The notes under the pieces: model-generated
What the model saw: only the letters and a program-made list of their open reading frames with translations
Told to the model about the DNA's origin: nothing
The model's database searches: none
In this document: positions 36,461 through 44,770 of the stretch, piece after piece
How the letters are laid out: the number at the start of each line of letters is the position of its first letter
How positions within the stretch are numbered: position 1 is the first letter of the stretch
Origin: an uncultured Collinsella sp.
GTDB taxonomy: Bacteria > Actinomycetota > Coriobacteriia > Coriobacteriales > Coriobacteriaceae
Length of the DNA stretch: 64,000 nt
Assembly (NCBI GenBank): GCA_902465015.1
Contig: CABQLK010000004.1
Location: 5,075 to 69,074, forward strand
Direction of reading: 5' to 3'
Translations under genes and position numbers: made by a program

Positions 36461-38683
36461 CTACACGATTTGATTCACGTGCGTCTCGTCGTCGAACTTG
36501 GCGGCGCCGGGCTCAACGTCCTGGGGAGCGGCGGCGTCCACCAGAGCCTGCTTGAGCTCGGTGTACTGACGCTCGACCTCGCCCTCGGCCCAGACCTGGT
36601 CGGCGATTGGATCGACCTGGCAGGCGGAGAACTTGTCCTCGGGCGTATGCGAGACCGGGTCGACCTTGTGCATGGTCAGCTCGTTGCACTTGCCGATCCA
36701 CCACTGGTAGGTCATATAGACCGTGCCCTTGTTGATACGGTCGCTCACGTCGGCGCGGCTGTACACCTGACCACGGCGGCTGTGAATCGAGACGATGTCG
36801 CCGTTCTTGATGCCGCGCGCCTGGGCGTCCGCGGGATTCATGCGGACAAAGCCGGGCTCGTCGGCGAGCAGCGCCAGCGTCTTGCAGTTGCCGGTCATCG
36901 AGCGGCAACTGTAGTGGCCGACCTCGCGGACGGTGCACAGGATGAGCGGGTACTCATCGTCGGGAAGCTCGGAGGGCGCCTCCCAATCGTGCGCCATCAG
37001 GTTGGCGCGGCCATCCTTGGTGGTGAACTTGCCACCGGCGAACATGTCGGCCGTGCCGTGGTCGTTCACATCGGTGCTCTTGACCGGCCACTGGGCGTAG
37101 CCGCCCTCGGGAGCCATCTTCTCGTAGGTCGCGCCCACAAAGTTGGGGCACAGGCTAATGCACTCGTTCCAGATCTGCTCGGTGTTGTCGTAGTGCATGG
37201 GATAGCCCATGCGCGTGGACAGGTCCGCGAAGATCTCCCAGTCGTGACGGCACTCGCCCTTGGGCGGAACGGCCGCGTCAAAGTGCTGGAAGCTACGGTC
37301 GGATGCGGTAAAGACGCCCTCGTGCTCGCCCCAAGAGGTGGCAGGCAGGATGACGTCGGCGAGCATAGTCGTCTGCGTCATAAAGATGTCCTGGCAGATG
37401 AACAGATCCAGCTCGGAGAGCGTCTTGCGCATTCCGGCCGAATCGGGCTCGGTCTGCACCGGGTCCTCGCCGTAGTTGTAGAAGCAGTGCACCTTGCCCT
37501 CGTCGACCAGGTGACCCAGGTCGGTGAGCTTGTAGCCCTCCTCCAAGGGGAGCTTTTCCTCGGGCACGCCCCAAGCCTTGGCAAACTTGGCACGCACAGC
37601 CGGGTCGGTGACTTTCTGGTAGCCAGGGTACAGGTTGGGCAGCATGCCCATATCGCAGGAGCCCTGGACGTTGTTCTGGCCACGCACGGGCGCGAGGCCG
37701 GAGTTGGGTTTGCCGATCTGGCCGGCAACGCAGGCGATGGAGGCGATGGTGTGCACCGTCTTCAGGTTCTGCTTCTGCTGGCATACGCCCATACCCCAGC
37801 CAATGATGGCAGAGGGCTTCGCCGTGGCGTACATCTCGGCAGCTTGGTGGATCAACGCGGGCTCGATACCCGTGATGTCCTGTACGGATTCGGGGGTGTA
37901 GTTCTTAATGGTCTCCCACCACTCGTCAAAGCCGTTCGTGTGCTCGGCGACGAATTCCTTGTCGTAGAGGCCATCGTTGACCAAGCAGTTGGCAAAGGCG
38001 TTGAGGAACGCAACGTTGCAACCGTTCTTGATCGGAAGGTAGAGATCGGCGATACGCGCGGTTTCGATATGGCGCGGGTCGGCGACGATGATCTTGCAAC
38101 CCTTTTCTTTGGCTCGCACGATACGCCTTGCGACGATGGGGTGCGAATCGGCAGGGTTATAGCCGAAGAGGAAAATGCAGCCCGCATCCTCCATACCGGG
38201 GATGGAGCATGACATGCAACCTGAACCAACCGTGTCCATCAGACCGAGGACAGTAGGGCCGTGTCAAGTACGGGCGCAGTTGTCCACGCTGTGGGTGCCG
38301 ATGCACGCACGCGTAAACTTCTGCATGACGTAGTTCGCCTCATTGCCGCCGCCTCGCGAAGAGCCGGTGGTCATGACAGCGTTAGGACCATATTCGTCAA
38401 TTATGGCCTGCATCTTAGATGCGGTGAAATCCAGCGCCTCGTCCCAGCTTACGCGCTCAAGATCCGCGCCCTTGGTGCGGCGGATCATCGGGTGCAGTAC
38501 GCGGGGAGTCAAGATCTTGGTGTCGTTGATGAAGTCGTAGCCGCTCATGCCCTTAAGGCACAGCTCGCCCTGGTTGGTGATGCCGTTGAGCGGTTCGGTA
38601 CCCACGACCTGGCCGTTTTGGACCAAGAGGTTAAACTGGCAACCGGCGCCGCAGTACGGGCAGATCACTTTATGCTTCTCCAT
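36461..38683 (-). CDS. fdhF: Formate dehydrogenase H, selenocysteine-containing (TGA at 38264-38266 read as Sec)
   Basis: ORFs 38264..38683 and 36461..38239 are in the same frame and are joined by ...VDNCART-U-HGPTVLGLMDTVGSGCMS... E. coli FdhF has CARVUHGPSVAGL at this position. N-terminal CPYCGAGC 4Fe-4S motif. About 740 aa. Confidence 0.93.
38226..38263 (-). promoter_or_regulatory. Candidate bacterial SECIS element of fdhF
   Basis: Immediately 3' of the UGA there is a UGUCC/GGACA stem (38233-38252). Its apical loop contains GGUCUG (38240-38245), the same hexamer as the E. coli fdhF SECIS loop. Confidence 0.65.
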
Positions 38684-38758
38684 GACACCCTCCTTCCTTT
38701 CTCTGCTACCGAATGCTCGGTACTAATTTGACAATCATTGGGCTTGTCGCCCCAGCGC

Positions 38759-39277
38759 TTACGCCTCGTTTTCGATGGTGGCGCGGGCACGCTCGGCAGT
38801 CAGTTCTGCCAGACGCTCCTCGTCTACCAGGGTGAGGCCCTTAGTCGGGCACGCCTCGGCACACGCCGGACCGCCGGGACGGTCCACGCACAGGTCGCAC
38901 TTGAGCACGAAGCTCTTAGTCTGCGAACCCACGCGAACGTCACCCATCAAGACGGGGACCTGCGTGGTCGCCACGCTCACGGCGCCAAAGGGGCATGCCA
39001 TAACGCAGCTCTTGCAGCCGATGCAGTTGTCCTCGTTGACGCCGATACGATGGTTCTTTGGATCAAAGAACAAGGCGCCCGTAGGACAGGCCTTGGCGCA
39101 CGGAGCGTCCTCGCAGTGGTGACATGCCACCGGCGCGGAGATCTCGTAGGTGCGCGTTACGCGCAAGCGAGGTGCGGCGATGTTGCCGGGAATATCGTGC
39201 GCCTCGATGCACGCCGCCATACAGGTTTGGCACCCAATGCAGCGTGAAGAATCAGCCACGACTCGTTTATTGCCCAT
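38759..39277 (-). CDS. hydN: 4Fe-4S dicluster electron-transfer protein (HydN/HycB-like), first gene of the FHL operon
   Basis: ATG at 39277 follows AGGAGGGAG. Contains RCIGCQTCMAAC, CHHCEDAPC, CIGCKSCVMACP and CDLC...C...CP motifs. Confidence 0.8.
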   Translation of the reverse strand: MGNKRVVADSSRCIGCQTCMAACIEAHDIPGNIAAPRLRVTRTYEISAPVACHHCEDAPCAKACPTGALFFDPKNHRIGVNEDNCIGCKSCVMACPFGAVSVATTQVPVLMGDVRVGSQTKSFVLKCDLCVDRPGGPACAEACPTKGLTLVDEERLAELTAERARATIENEA

Positions 39278-39429
39278 GTTGTTCACTCCCTCCTGAATCC
39301 CATGCCGGAGAGACCCTGCCGACGTTGCCCCGGACCGCCCGTGGTCCGGCATCGGCGTATCGAGCGCATGCGGCGAAACAGGCACTTCGATAGAATTCCT
39401 CCAACGATATACAGGTTAAATATACGCAG

Positions 39430-39488
39430 TTGCAGGGGGCAAACTTGAGCATAGGCCCTGCAATACGGGTGTATTGCAGGGGTTTTGG
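39430..39488. promoter_or_regulatory. Alternative-hairpin element (three TTGCAGGG/CCCTGCAA boxes)
   Basis: CCCTGCAATAC-GGGT-GTATTGCAGGG (39456-39481) is followed by GTTTTGG on the plus strand. The upstream box TTGCAGGG (39430-39437) can pair with 39456-39463 instead. Confidence 0.4.
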
Positions 39489-39495
39489 CAGGTTG

Positions 39496-39520
39496 GAATT
39501 ATTCTCTAGAGGCTATAAAG
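39496..39520. promoter_or_regulatory. Candidate operator shared with the modA upstream region
   Basis: GAATTATTCTCTAGAGGCTATAAAG. Compare GAAATTATTCTCTCTAGAGAATATAG at 53402-53427. Both contain the palindrome CTCTAGAG flanked by AT-rich arms. Confidence 0.4.
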
Positions 39521-39704
39521 GTGAGTGTATTACATGCGTACGCCTCAGAGATTTTTACGCGCTCTCATTTTAGATGTACTACGCTTGTATTCAAGTTAAT
39601 GGTTATTTACTTGAGCGAAATAAAGTAATCGTTATAAGATGCTCAGGTATCGGCACATGCCGCATTTGACCGACTATATTGCACGCTCATTAAGGGGGCC
39701 AGTG

Positions 39705-40028
39705 ATGTCATCGACTCAAAAACGAGCCATCCTGCAGGTGCGCATTCGCGAGGAAGACAAGCAGCATGCCGAACATCTCTACGACGCCATGGGCACATCG
39801 CTTGCCGAGGCCGTCCGTCTATTTGTCGCGCAGAGCATTTTGATGCGCAAGCTCCCCTTTCAGCCGGTCGCCGTGCGCTCAAAGGACGGCACCGCCGCCT
39901 ATGGATCGCTCAAAGCATATGGTGACCCCAATCGCCGCTACGAGGAGCGCAATGCCTGGATTGAATACCTTGCCACAGAAAGTGACGATTCGATTTTGGG
40001 CCCCGAGGAAGTAGATATCCATGAGTAG
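39705..40028 (+). CDS. RelB/DinJ-family antitoxin
   Basis: ATG at 39705 follows AAGGGGG. ILQVRIREEDKQHAEHLYDAMGTSLAEAVRLFVAQSI is the DinJ ribbon-helix-helix signature. It overlaps the toxin gene by 8 nt. Confidence 0.75.
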   Translation: MSSTQKRAILQVRIREEDKQHAEHLYDAMGTSLAEAVRLFVAQSILMRKLPFQPVAVRSKDGTAAYGSLKAYGDPNRRYEERNAWIEYLATESDDSILGPEEVDIHE

Positions 40029-40476
40029 CACTATCATCGACGAGACCGTCATCCTACGCTACCTGCTTGACGACGACGAGGTCCTGTCACCGCGCGCCGC
40101 CAAGGTCATCGCCACGCGCACCGCTCGTGTCTACCCCGAAATCATCACGCGCGTCGTGGTCACGCTGCGCGACGTCTATAAGGTTCCCCGCGTTGAGATT
40201 GCTGCGGCCATGAAAAGGCTGCTCGATGACGTCATGGTCGACGAGCCCACCGTTGTCGCCCTTGCCGTCAAACTCTTTGGCAAGACCCATATGGACTTTT
40301 CCGACTGCCTCCTCGCAGCCCGAACCGCCATCTACAACGATGATGTCGTGAGCTTTGGAAAGCCCATCATCCAAGGCATGATCGATTACCGCCGCAAGCG
40401 CCAAACCGCTGCCGACGCCCGCAGCCGAAGCACCGACTCCACCATCGACAAGCTCCGCCACCGCCCCCGCAGCTAA
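40021..40476 (+). CDS. PIN-domain toxin (VapC-like ribonuclease)
   Basis: IIDETVILRYLLDDD, PEII..VV.L, DFSDCLLAA and NDDVVSF place the acidic PIN residues at the expected spacing. Confidence 0.7.
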   Translation: MSSTIIDETVILRYLLDDDEVLSPRAAKVIATRTARVYPEIITRVVVTLRDVYKVPRVEIAAAMKRLLDDVMVDEPTVVALAVKLFGKTHMDFSDCLLAARTAIYNDDVVSFGKPIIQGMIDYRRKRQTAADARSRSTDSTIDKLRHRPRS

Positions 40477-40483
40477 ACCTATC

Positions 40484-40563
40484 CCCTCCTAAGTTGCGGT
40501 GGAATAGTTCCTGGATTTAGGCTTATTCGAGCTTTTCAGAAATTAATTCACCGCAACTTCCAG
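40484..40563. repeat. Family-1 REP-like palindromic element, copy D (degenerate)
   Basis: CCTAAGTTGCGGTGGAATAG...AATTAATTCACCGCAACTTCC, lying 47 nt from MITE copy 2. Confidence 0.7.
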
Positions 40564-40610
40564 GTTGGCCATCCGAAACCGTCAGCCTTGGACCGCGAAT
40601 GCCACCGTTC

Positions 40611-40770
40611 GCCACGAAATGGGCCCATCTACTACGTTTAACCGATTACCCTCGACCATACCGAAATCCGAAAAATCAAAACCGCTGGTAGACGGTTTGC
40701 CGATTTTCCGAAAATGCTGCTATGGTCGACCCCTGCGGTCCAAACGTAGTAGATGGGCCGCTTTCGTGGC
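40611..40770. mobile_element. 160-nt MITE-like palindromic element, copy 2 (interior inverted relative to copy 1)
   Basis: Same terminal repeats (GCCACGAAATGGGCCCATCTACTACGTTTAA / CAAACGTAGTAGATGGGCCGCTTTCGTGGC) and the same 160-nt length. The asymmetric centre CCGTCTACC.GCGGTTTT matches copy 1 only as its reverse complement. Confidence 0.75.
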
Positions 40771-40897
40771 TCAGCACCGGACCAGTCATTTTGGGACAGG
40801 GCTTTTTGGCCACATTTGCCAGCCAATCGTTAGAGCAGTCAAAAAGCCCGCTCCAAATTAGCTACCCGGCCTTTAATGGGCTCATAAAAGCCAAAAG

Positions 40898-40930
40898 ACA
40901 GTCCATATTTCACCGCAACTTAGGAGGGGA
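40898..40930. repeat. Family-1 element, right-arm-only fragment
   Basis: GACAGTCCATATTTCACCGCAACTTAGGAGGGG with no left arm. Confidence 0.6.
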
Positions 40931-41001
40931 TGTGGGATCCCAGACATGTATATGAAAACGGCTCTGGCACCAAAAGGAGCCAAAGCCGTTAAGCTATCCT
41001 A

Positions 41002-41075
41002 TGGAGCGGGCGACGGGAATCGAACCCGCGTCATCAGCTTGGAAGGCTGGGGTTCTACCATTGAACTACGCCCGC
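41002..41075 (-). tRNA. tRNA-Gly (anticodon UCC)
   Basis: 74 nt: GCGGGCG acceptor, anticodon loop CTTCCAA, GGTTCGATTCC T-arm, encoded CCA. Confidence 0.9.
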
Positions 41076-41081
41076 AAGATA

Positions 41082-41158
41082 TGGTCGGGACGACAGGATT
41101 TGAACCTGCGACATCCTGCTCCCAAAGCAGGCGCGCTACCAAACTGCGCCACGTCCCG
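41082..41158 (-). tRNA. tRNA-Pro (anticodon UGG)
   Basis: 77 nt: CGGGACG acceptor, CCTGC-TTTGGGA-GCAGG anticodon arm, GGTTCAAATCC T-arm, encoded CCA. Confidence 0.9.
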
Positions 41159-41249
41159 AAGGTGTTGAGCAGCTAAGGTCTAAACCTTGCGTGTCCCAAA
41201 GCGAAGGAAATTATAGGGGAGACTCCCCGCCTGTGCAAGCGCAGAAACC

Positions 41250-42608
41250 CTAGCTCCTCGAATGTGCGACAAAACGACTATGGAGCAGACCGATCGCAAA
41301 TGCCACCACGGCGACCGGCGCCCACGCGGCACCGATATCTGCCAGCGGCAACGCATCGAACGGCAGCCACGCGCCAGCAAAGAACGCATCGCGGACCGAA
41401 GTGATTACGCTCTGCACTGCGACAACGCCGCCGACCCAGACCCACACCTGCGGATGCGCGTCGCAAAAGCCGTGCACCAGGCCCATAAGTACCAGCACAA
41501 TGGCAACGGGATACAAGGCGTTGAGCATAGGCACCGAGAACATAAGAATCACGTCGAGGCCCACGTTGGAAAGCACGCACGAAAACGCTGCGAACACAAA
41601 GGCGAGAACCGCAAAGGGACGGCGCATGGCCTCCTCGGAGGCCTCTGTTCCCCCTTCGACCACATACGTCTCGCAGAAGTAGCGCGAGCAGCAGCTGATA
41701 AGGCCAATGCACACGTTCATGCAGGCGAGGAAGAAGATCGCAAAGACCACGACCGTGCCGGCAAGCCCAAAATGCATGGAGGCCGAACGGGCGAGGATGG
41801 CGGCGCCGTTGGTAGCGTCAGGCATCACGGTACCGAGCTGCATACCGGCAAGGCCCAAGCCGCAGTAGATGATGGCCATAAGCACGCCGGCGATCACACC
41901 GGAACGCGAAATCTCAAAGGCCACGCGCTTGTCATCGGTAACACCCAACTCGTGGATGGTCTCGGCGATGATGATGCCGAAGGCGAGCGACGCAAGCAGG
42001 TCCATGGTCTGGTAGCCGGTCAAAAAGCCCTGCACGGCAGCACCGGCATTATAGGGAGCCTGCGGCGCGGCAGCGGGACCCAACGGCGAGACCACGGCGG
42101 CACCCACGACCAGCACGATGAGCGCAATGAGCGCGGGTCCCGTAATGCGACCGAGTACGCGCGTGATGACACCCGGGCGCAGCGTGAGCACAAACGCGAC
42201 GACGAAGAACCCGATGGCAAACACCAGACGAGCCGTGCCGAGCGAGACGCCCTCGGGCAGCAGCGGCACCAACATCTCAAAGGCCGTGGAGCTCGTGCGC
42301 GGAATAGCCAAGCACGGGCCGATGGCCAGATACACCGCCGCGACAAAGAACTCACCAAACTTGGGGTGCACGCGGCCGGCAAGCTCGCGCGCCGTTCCGG
42401 CAAGCGCGACGGCGATAAATCCCATGACGGGCAGGCCGATGGCGGCAATCAGAAAGCCGATCATGGCAAGCGGCGTGGCAGAGCCTGCCTGCAGCGCCAG
42501 CAACGGCGGAATGATGAGGTTACCGGCGCCAAAGAGCATCGAGAACAGCGCAATGCCGACGGTAACGACATGGTCGGAGCGCAAACCGCGCGGAGCGGAT
42601 GAGGCCAT
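41250..42608 (-). CDS. brnQ: Branched-chain amino acid transport system II carrier (LIVCS family)
   Basis: N-terminal FSMLFGAGNLIIPP signature and 12-TM layout. ATG at 42608 (MASSAPRG). Confidence 0.85.
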   Translation of the reverse strand: MASSAPRGLRSDHVVTVGIALFSMLFGAGNLIIPPLLALQAGSATPLAMIGFLIAAIGLPVMGFIAVALAGTARELAGRVHPKFGEFFVAAVYLAIGPCLAIPRTSSTAFEMLVPLLPEGVSLGTARLVFAIGFFVVAFVLTLRPGVITRVLGRITGPALIALIVLVVGAAVVSPLGPAAAPQAPYNAGAAVQGFLTGYQTMDLLASLAFGIIIAETIHELGVTDDKRVAFEISRSGVIAGVLMAIIYCGLGLAGMQLGTVMPDATNGAAILARSASMHFGLAGTVVVFAIFFLACMNVCIGLISCCSRYFCETYVVEGGTEASEEAMRRPFAVLAFVFAAFSCVLSNVGLDVILMFSVPMLNALYPVAIVLVLMGLVHGFCDAHPQVWVWVGGVVAVQSVITSVRDAFFAGAWLPFDALPLADIGAAWAPVAVVAFAIGLLHSRFVAHSRS

Positions 42609-42676
42609 ATGCACACCTTTCGGGTCGAAACAAAAACGGGACGGGCAAAAACACCCGTCCCGCAAGTATATACGCT

Positions 42677-43816
42677 CTAGCAGGCTAAATCGCGCAAAGC
42701 GTCAATCGCGGTATCGACTTCCTCGTCCGTGTTGAAATACCCAAACGAGAAGCGAACGATACCCTGGCGCTCGGTCCCGAGCGCGCGGTGCATGAGCGGA
42801 GCGCAATGGGCGCCGGGGCGCGTCGCAATACCCCACCCTTGCATGAGCGCGTCCGAGATCTCGGCAGAGTCGATATCGCCCACGTTGAGTGAGACGATTG
42901 CCGAGCGCACGGGCTGGTCAAACGCACCGTAGAGCGCAATGCCGGGGATTTCGCGAACACCGGCGAGGAAGCGCTCTGCAAGCGAGCACTCATGCGCCGC
43001 AATCGCCTCGACCCCGCCTTGTGCCTCGATAAAGTCGAGACCGGCGGAAAGGCCTGCGATGCCGTGACTGTTGAGCGTGCCTGCCTCAAGGCACGTGGGC
43101 CACTCGAGCGGCTGCAGTGGGTCGAAGCTGTGCACGCCCGTGCCGCCCATGGCCCACGGAGCCACGTCAATGCCCTCCGCCACGGCCAGACCACCGGTGC
43201 CTTGGGGTCCCATGAGCCCCTTGTGGCCGGTAAAGCACACGACGTCGAGCCCCATGGCATCCATGTCAATCTTCGCCGTGCCGGCAGACTGCGAGGCGTC
43301 GACGATCGCAAGCGCGCCTGCCGCATGGGCCATGGCGGCCACGCGCGCAATGTCGACCTCATTGCCGGTCACATTGGAGGCATGCGTCACCACCACGGCA
43401 CGCGTACCCGGCGTGACAAGCCGCTCGAGTTCGTCGTAGTCGAGCACACCATTTACGTCACAGCCCGCATGCTCAACGGTCACGCCCCGCTCCGCTGCCA
43501 GGCGGTTGAGCGGACGCAGCACGGAGTTATGCTCGAGCACCGTCGTGACCACGCGGTCGCCGGGGCGCACCACGCCACAGATGGCGATGTTGAGCGCCGC
43601 CGTAGAGTTGGACGTAAAGCACACATGGTCCGCCCTCGGGCAACCTAAAAGGCGCGCGAGCTTGGCACGGCAACCGTGAATCGTACGAGCGGCATCGAGG
43701 GCACCCGACGTGGCGCCGCGCCCGGCATTGCCGAGCGAGCACATCGCCTGCGTCACGGCATCGATGACCGTCTGCGGCTTGTGCATGGTCGTCGCCGCGT
43801 TATCCAGGTAGATCAT
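42677..43816 (-). CDS. Class-V aminotransferase-fold cysteine desulfurase / selenocysteine lyase-like protein (short N-terminus subfamily)
   Basis: IYLDNAATT, the PLP-Lys region FTGHKGLMGPQGTG and the active-site Cys in RPGAHCAP. ATG at 43816 overlaps the DUF3343 stop (ATGA). Confidence 0.85.
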   Translation of the reverse strand: MIYLDNAATTMHKPQTVIDAVTQAMCSLGNAGRGATSGALDAARTIHGCRAKLARLLGCPRADHVCFTSNSTAALNIAICGVVRPGDRVVTTVLEHNSVLRPLNRLAAERGVTVEHAGCDVNGVLDYDELERLVTPGTRAVVVTHASNVTGNEVDIARVAAMAHAAGALAIVDASQSAGTAKIDMDAMGLDVVCFTGHKGLMGPQGTGGLAVAEGIDVAPWAMGGTGVHSFDPLQPLEWPTCLEAGTLNSHGIAGLSAGLDFIEAQGGVEAIAAHECSLAERFLAGVREIPGIALYGAFDQPVRSAIVSLNVGDIDSAEISDALMQGWGIATRPGAHCAPLMHRALGTERQGIVRFSFGYFNTDEEVDTAIDALRDLAC

Positions 43817-44064
43817 CGCACGACCTCCCACATATCAATCACGGTATAGCCCTCGGTAGGAACGCCCGCCGCGGCAAGCTCGCCGCGCAGCAGCTCCTCA
43901 TCGGCAGGCAACGCCTTCCACGCCAGACCGCAGCCGGCAGCGACCTCCCCGGGCACGGGAATCGTTCGCCCGGGAAGGCCGCGCTCGATGCACAGAGACT
44001 CGCAACCCATGGCGGCCGCCGTGGTGGGAAACGTGATGACAAGCGCCGGGCGCTTCTCCCTCAT
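43813..44064 (-). CDS. DUF3343 (putative Se/S carrier) protein
   Basis: ALVITFPTTAAAMGCESLC...GLPGRTIPVPGEVAAGCGLAW. This is the same fold signature as the C-terminus of 16816-17211. ATG at 44064 lies 5 nt after GGAG. Confidence 0.75.
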   Translation of the reverse strand: MREKRPALVITFPTTAAAMGCESLCIERGLPGRTIPVPGEVAAGCGLAWKALPADEELLRGELAAAGVPTEGYTVIDMWEVVR

Positions 44065-44083
44065 GGCAACTCCAACCAATACG

Positions 44084-44710
44084 CTACGGGCGCACGACGC
44101 GCACGGCCTGCTCCATCTTCTCCACGATCACGTACATGTTGGTGACCTCGCCCACCGCAAGCTGGTCTTTAATGCCAAAGTGGTCCAGGCAGGTACCGCA
44201 GGTGAGAATCTCGACGCCCTGCTCGGCCAGACCCTTCAGGTCATCGAGCACCGGCGAGCCCTCGACGGTGAGCTTGGCGCCGCCGTTGTAGAACAGCATG
44301 GTCGAGGGCAGCTCCTCCTGCTGCGTCACGGCAAAGATGAACGCCTTCATGAGCTTGTGGCCCAGCTCGTCGTCGCCGCGGCCCATGCAGTCGGTGTAGA
44401 CGGAAATGACGAGCTTGCCCTTGCCGGCGCTGGCGTCGCAGAAGGCAGCGCCATCCTGCTCGGGATCGGCCACGGCAACGGCGCCAGAGGTCGCCACGGT
44501 CACGTGCCACTCGTCGTCAGAAACCTTCTCGACCGAGGCCGTGCAGCCCTTCTCCTGCGCCATCTTGGAGATGTTCTTGACGGCGGTCTCGTTATCGACC
44601 GAGGTCACCACGGCGCCCTCGCCATCGAGCTGCTTCAGGGCTTTGAGCGTCTTGACGACGGGCAGCGGGCAGGCATCGCCCATGGCATTGACTTCAATTT
44701 TGGTAGACAT
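44084..44710 (-). CDS. yedF: Selenium metabolism protein YedF (TusA/SirA-like N-domain plus DsrE-like C-domain)
   Basis: N-terminal NAMGDACPLPVVKTLKAL (TusA CPxP motif), with a C-terminal half that has a DsrE/F-like layout ending in LTCGTCLDHF. Confidence 0.8.
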   Translation of the reverse strand: MSTKIEVNAMGDACPLPVVKTLKALKQLDGEGAVVTSVDNETAVKNISKMAQEKGCTASVEKVSDDEWHVTVATSGAVAVADPEQDGAAFCDASAGKGKLVISVYTDCMGRGDDELGHKLMKAFIFAVTQQEELPSTMLFYNGGAKLTVEGSPVLDDLKGLAEQGVEILTCGTCLDHFGIKDQLAVGEVTNMYVIVEKMEQAVRVVRP

Positions 44711-44770
44711 AGTTTTTCCTTTCGAAAGAACCGTTCTAGAGAACGGTAAACAGTTACATAAACGTGCGGG

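Noticed and set aside
39646-39665. Sigma-54-like GG-N-GC element (CGGCACATGCCGCAT) near the FHL/TA intergenic region.
   Set aside because: The GG to GC spacing is 2 nt too short for a -24/-12 promoter. It also lies on the plus strand, pointing away from the FHL operon.
40946-41176. 76-aa plus-strand ORF, together with ORFs 40565..40861 and 40722..40955.
   Set aside because: They run across tRNA-Gly and tRNA-Pro (opposite strand) or across the MITE-like repeat, and they have no RBS and no coding signature.
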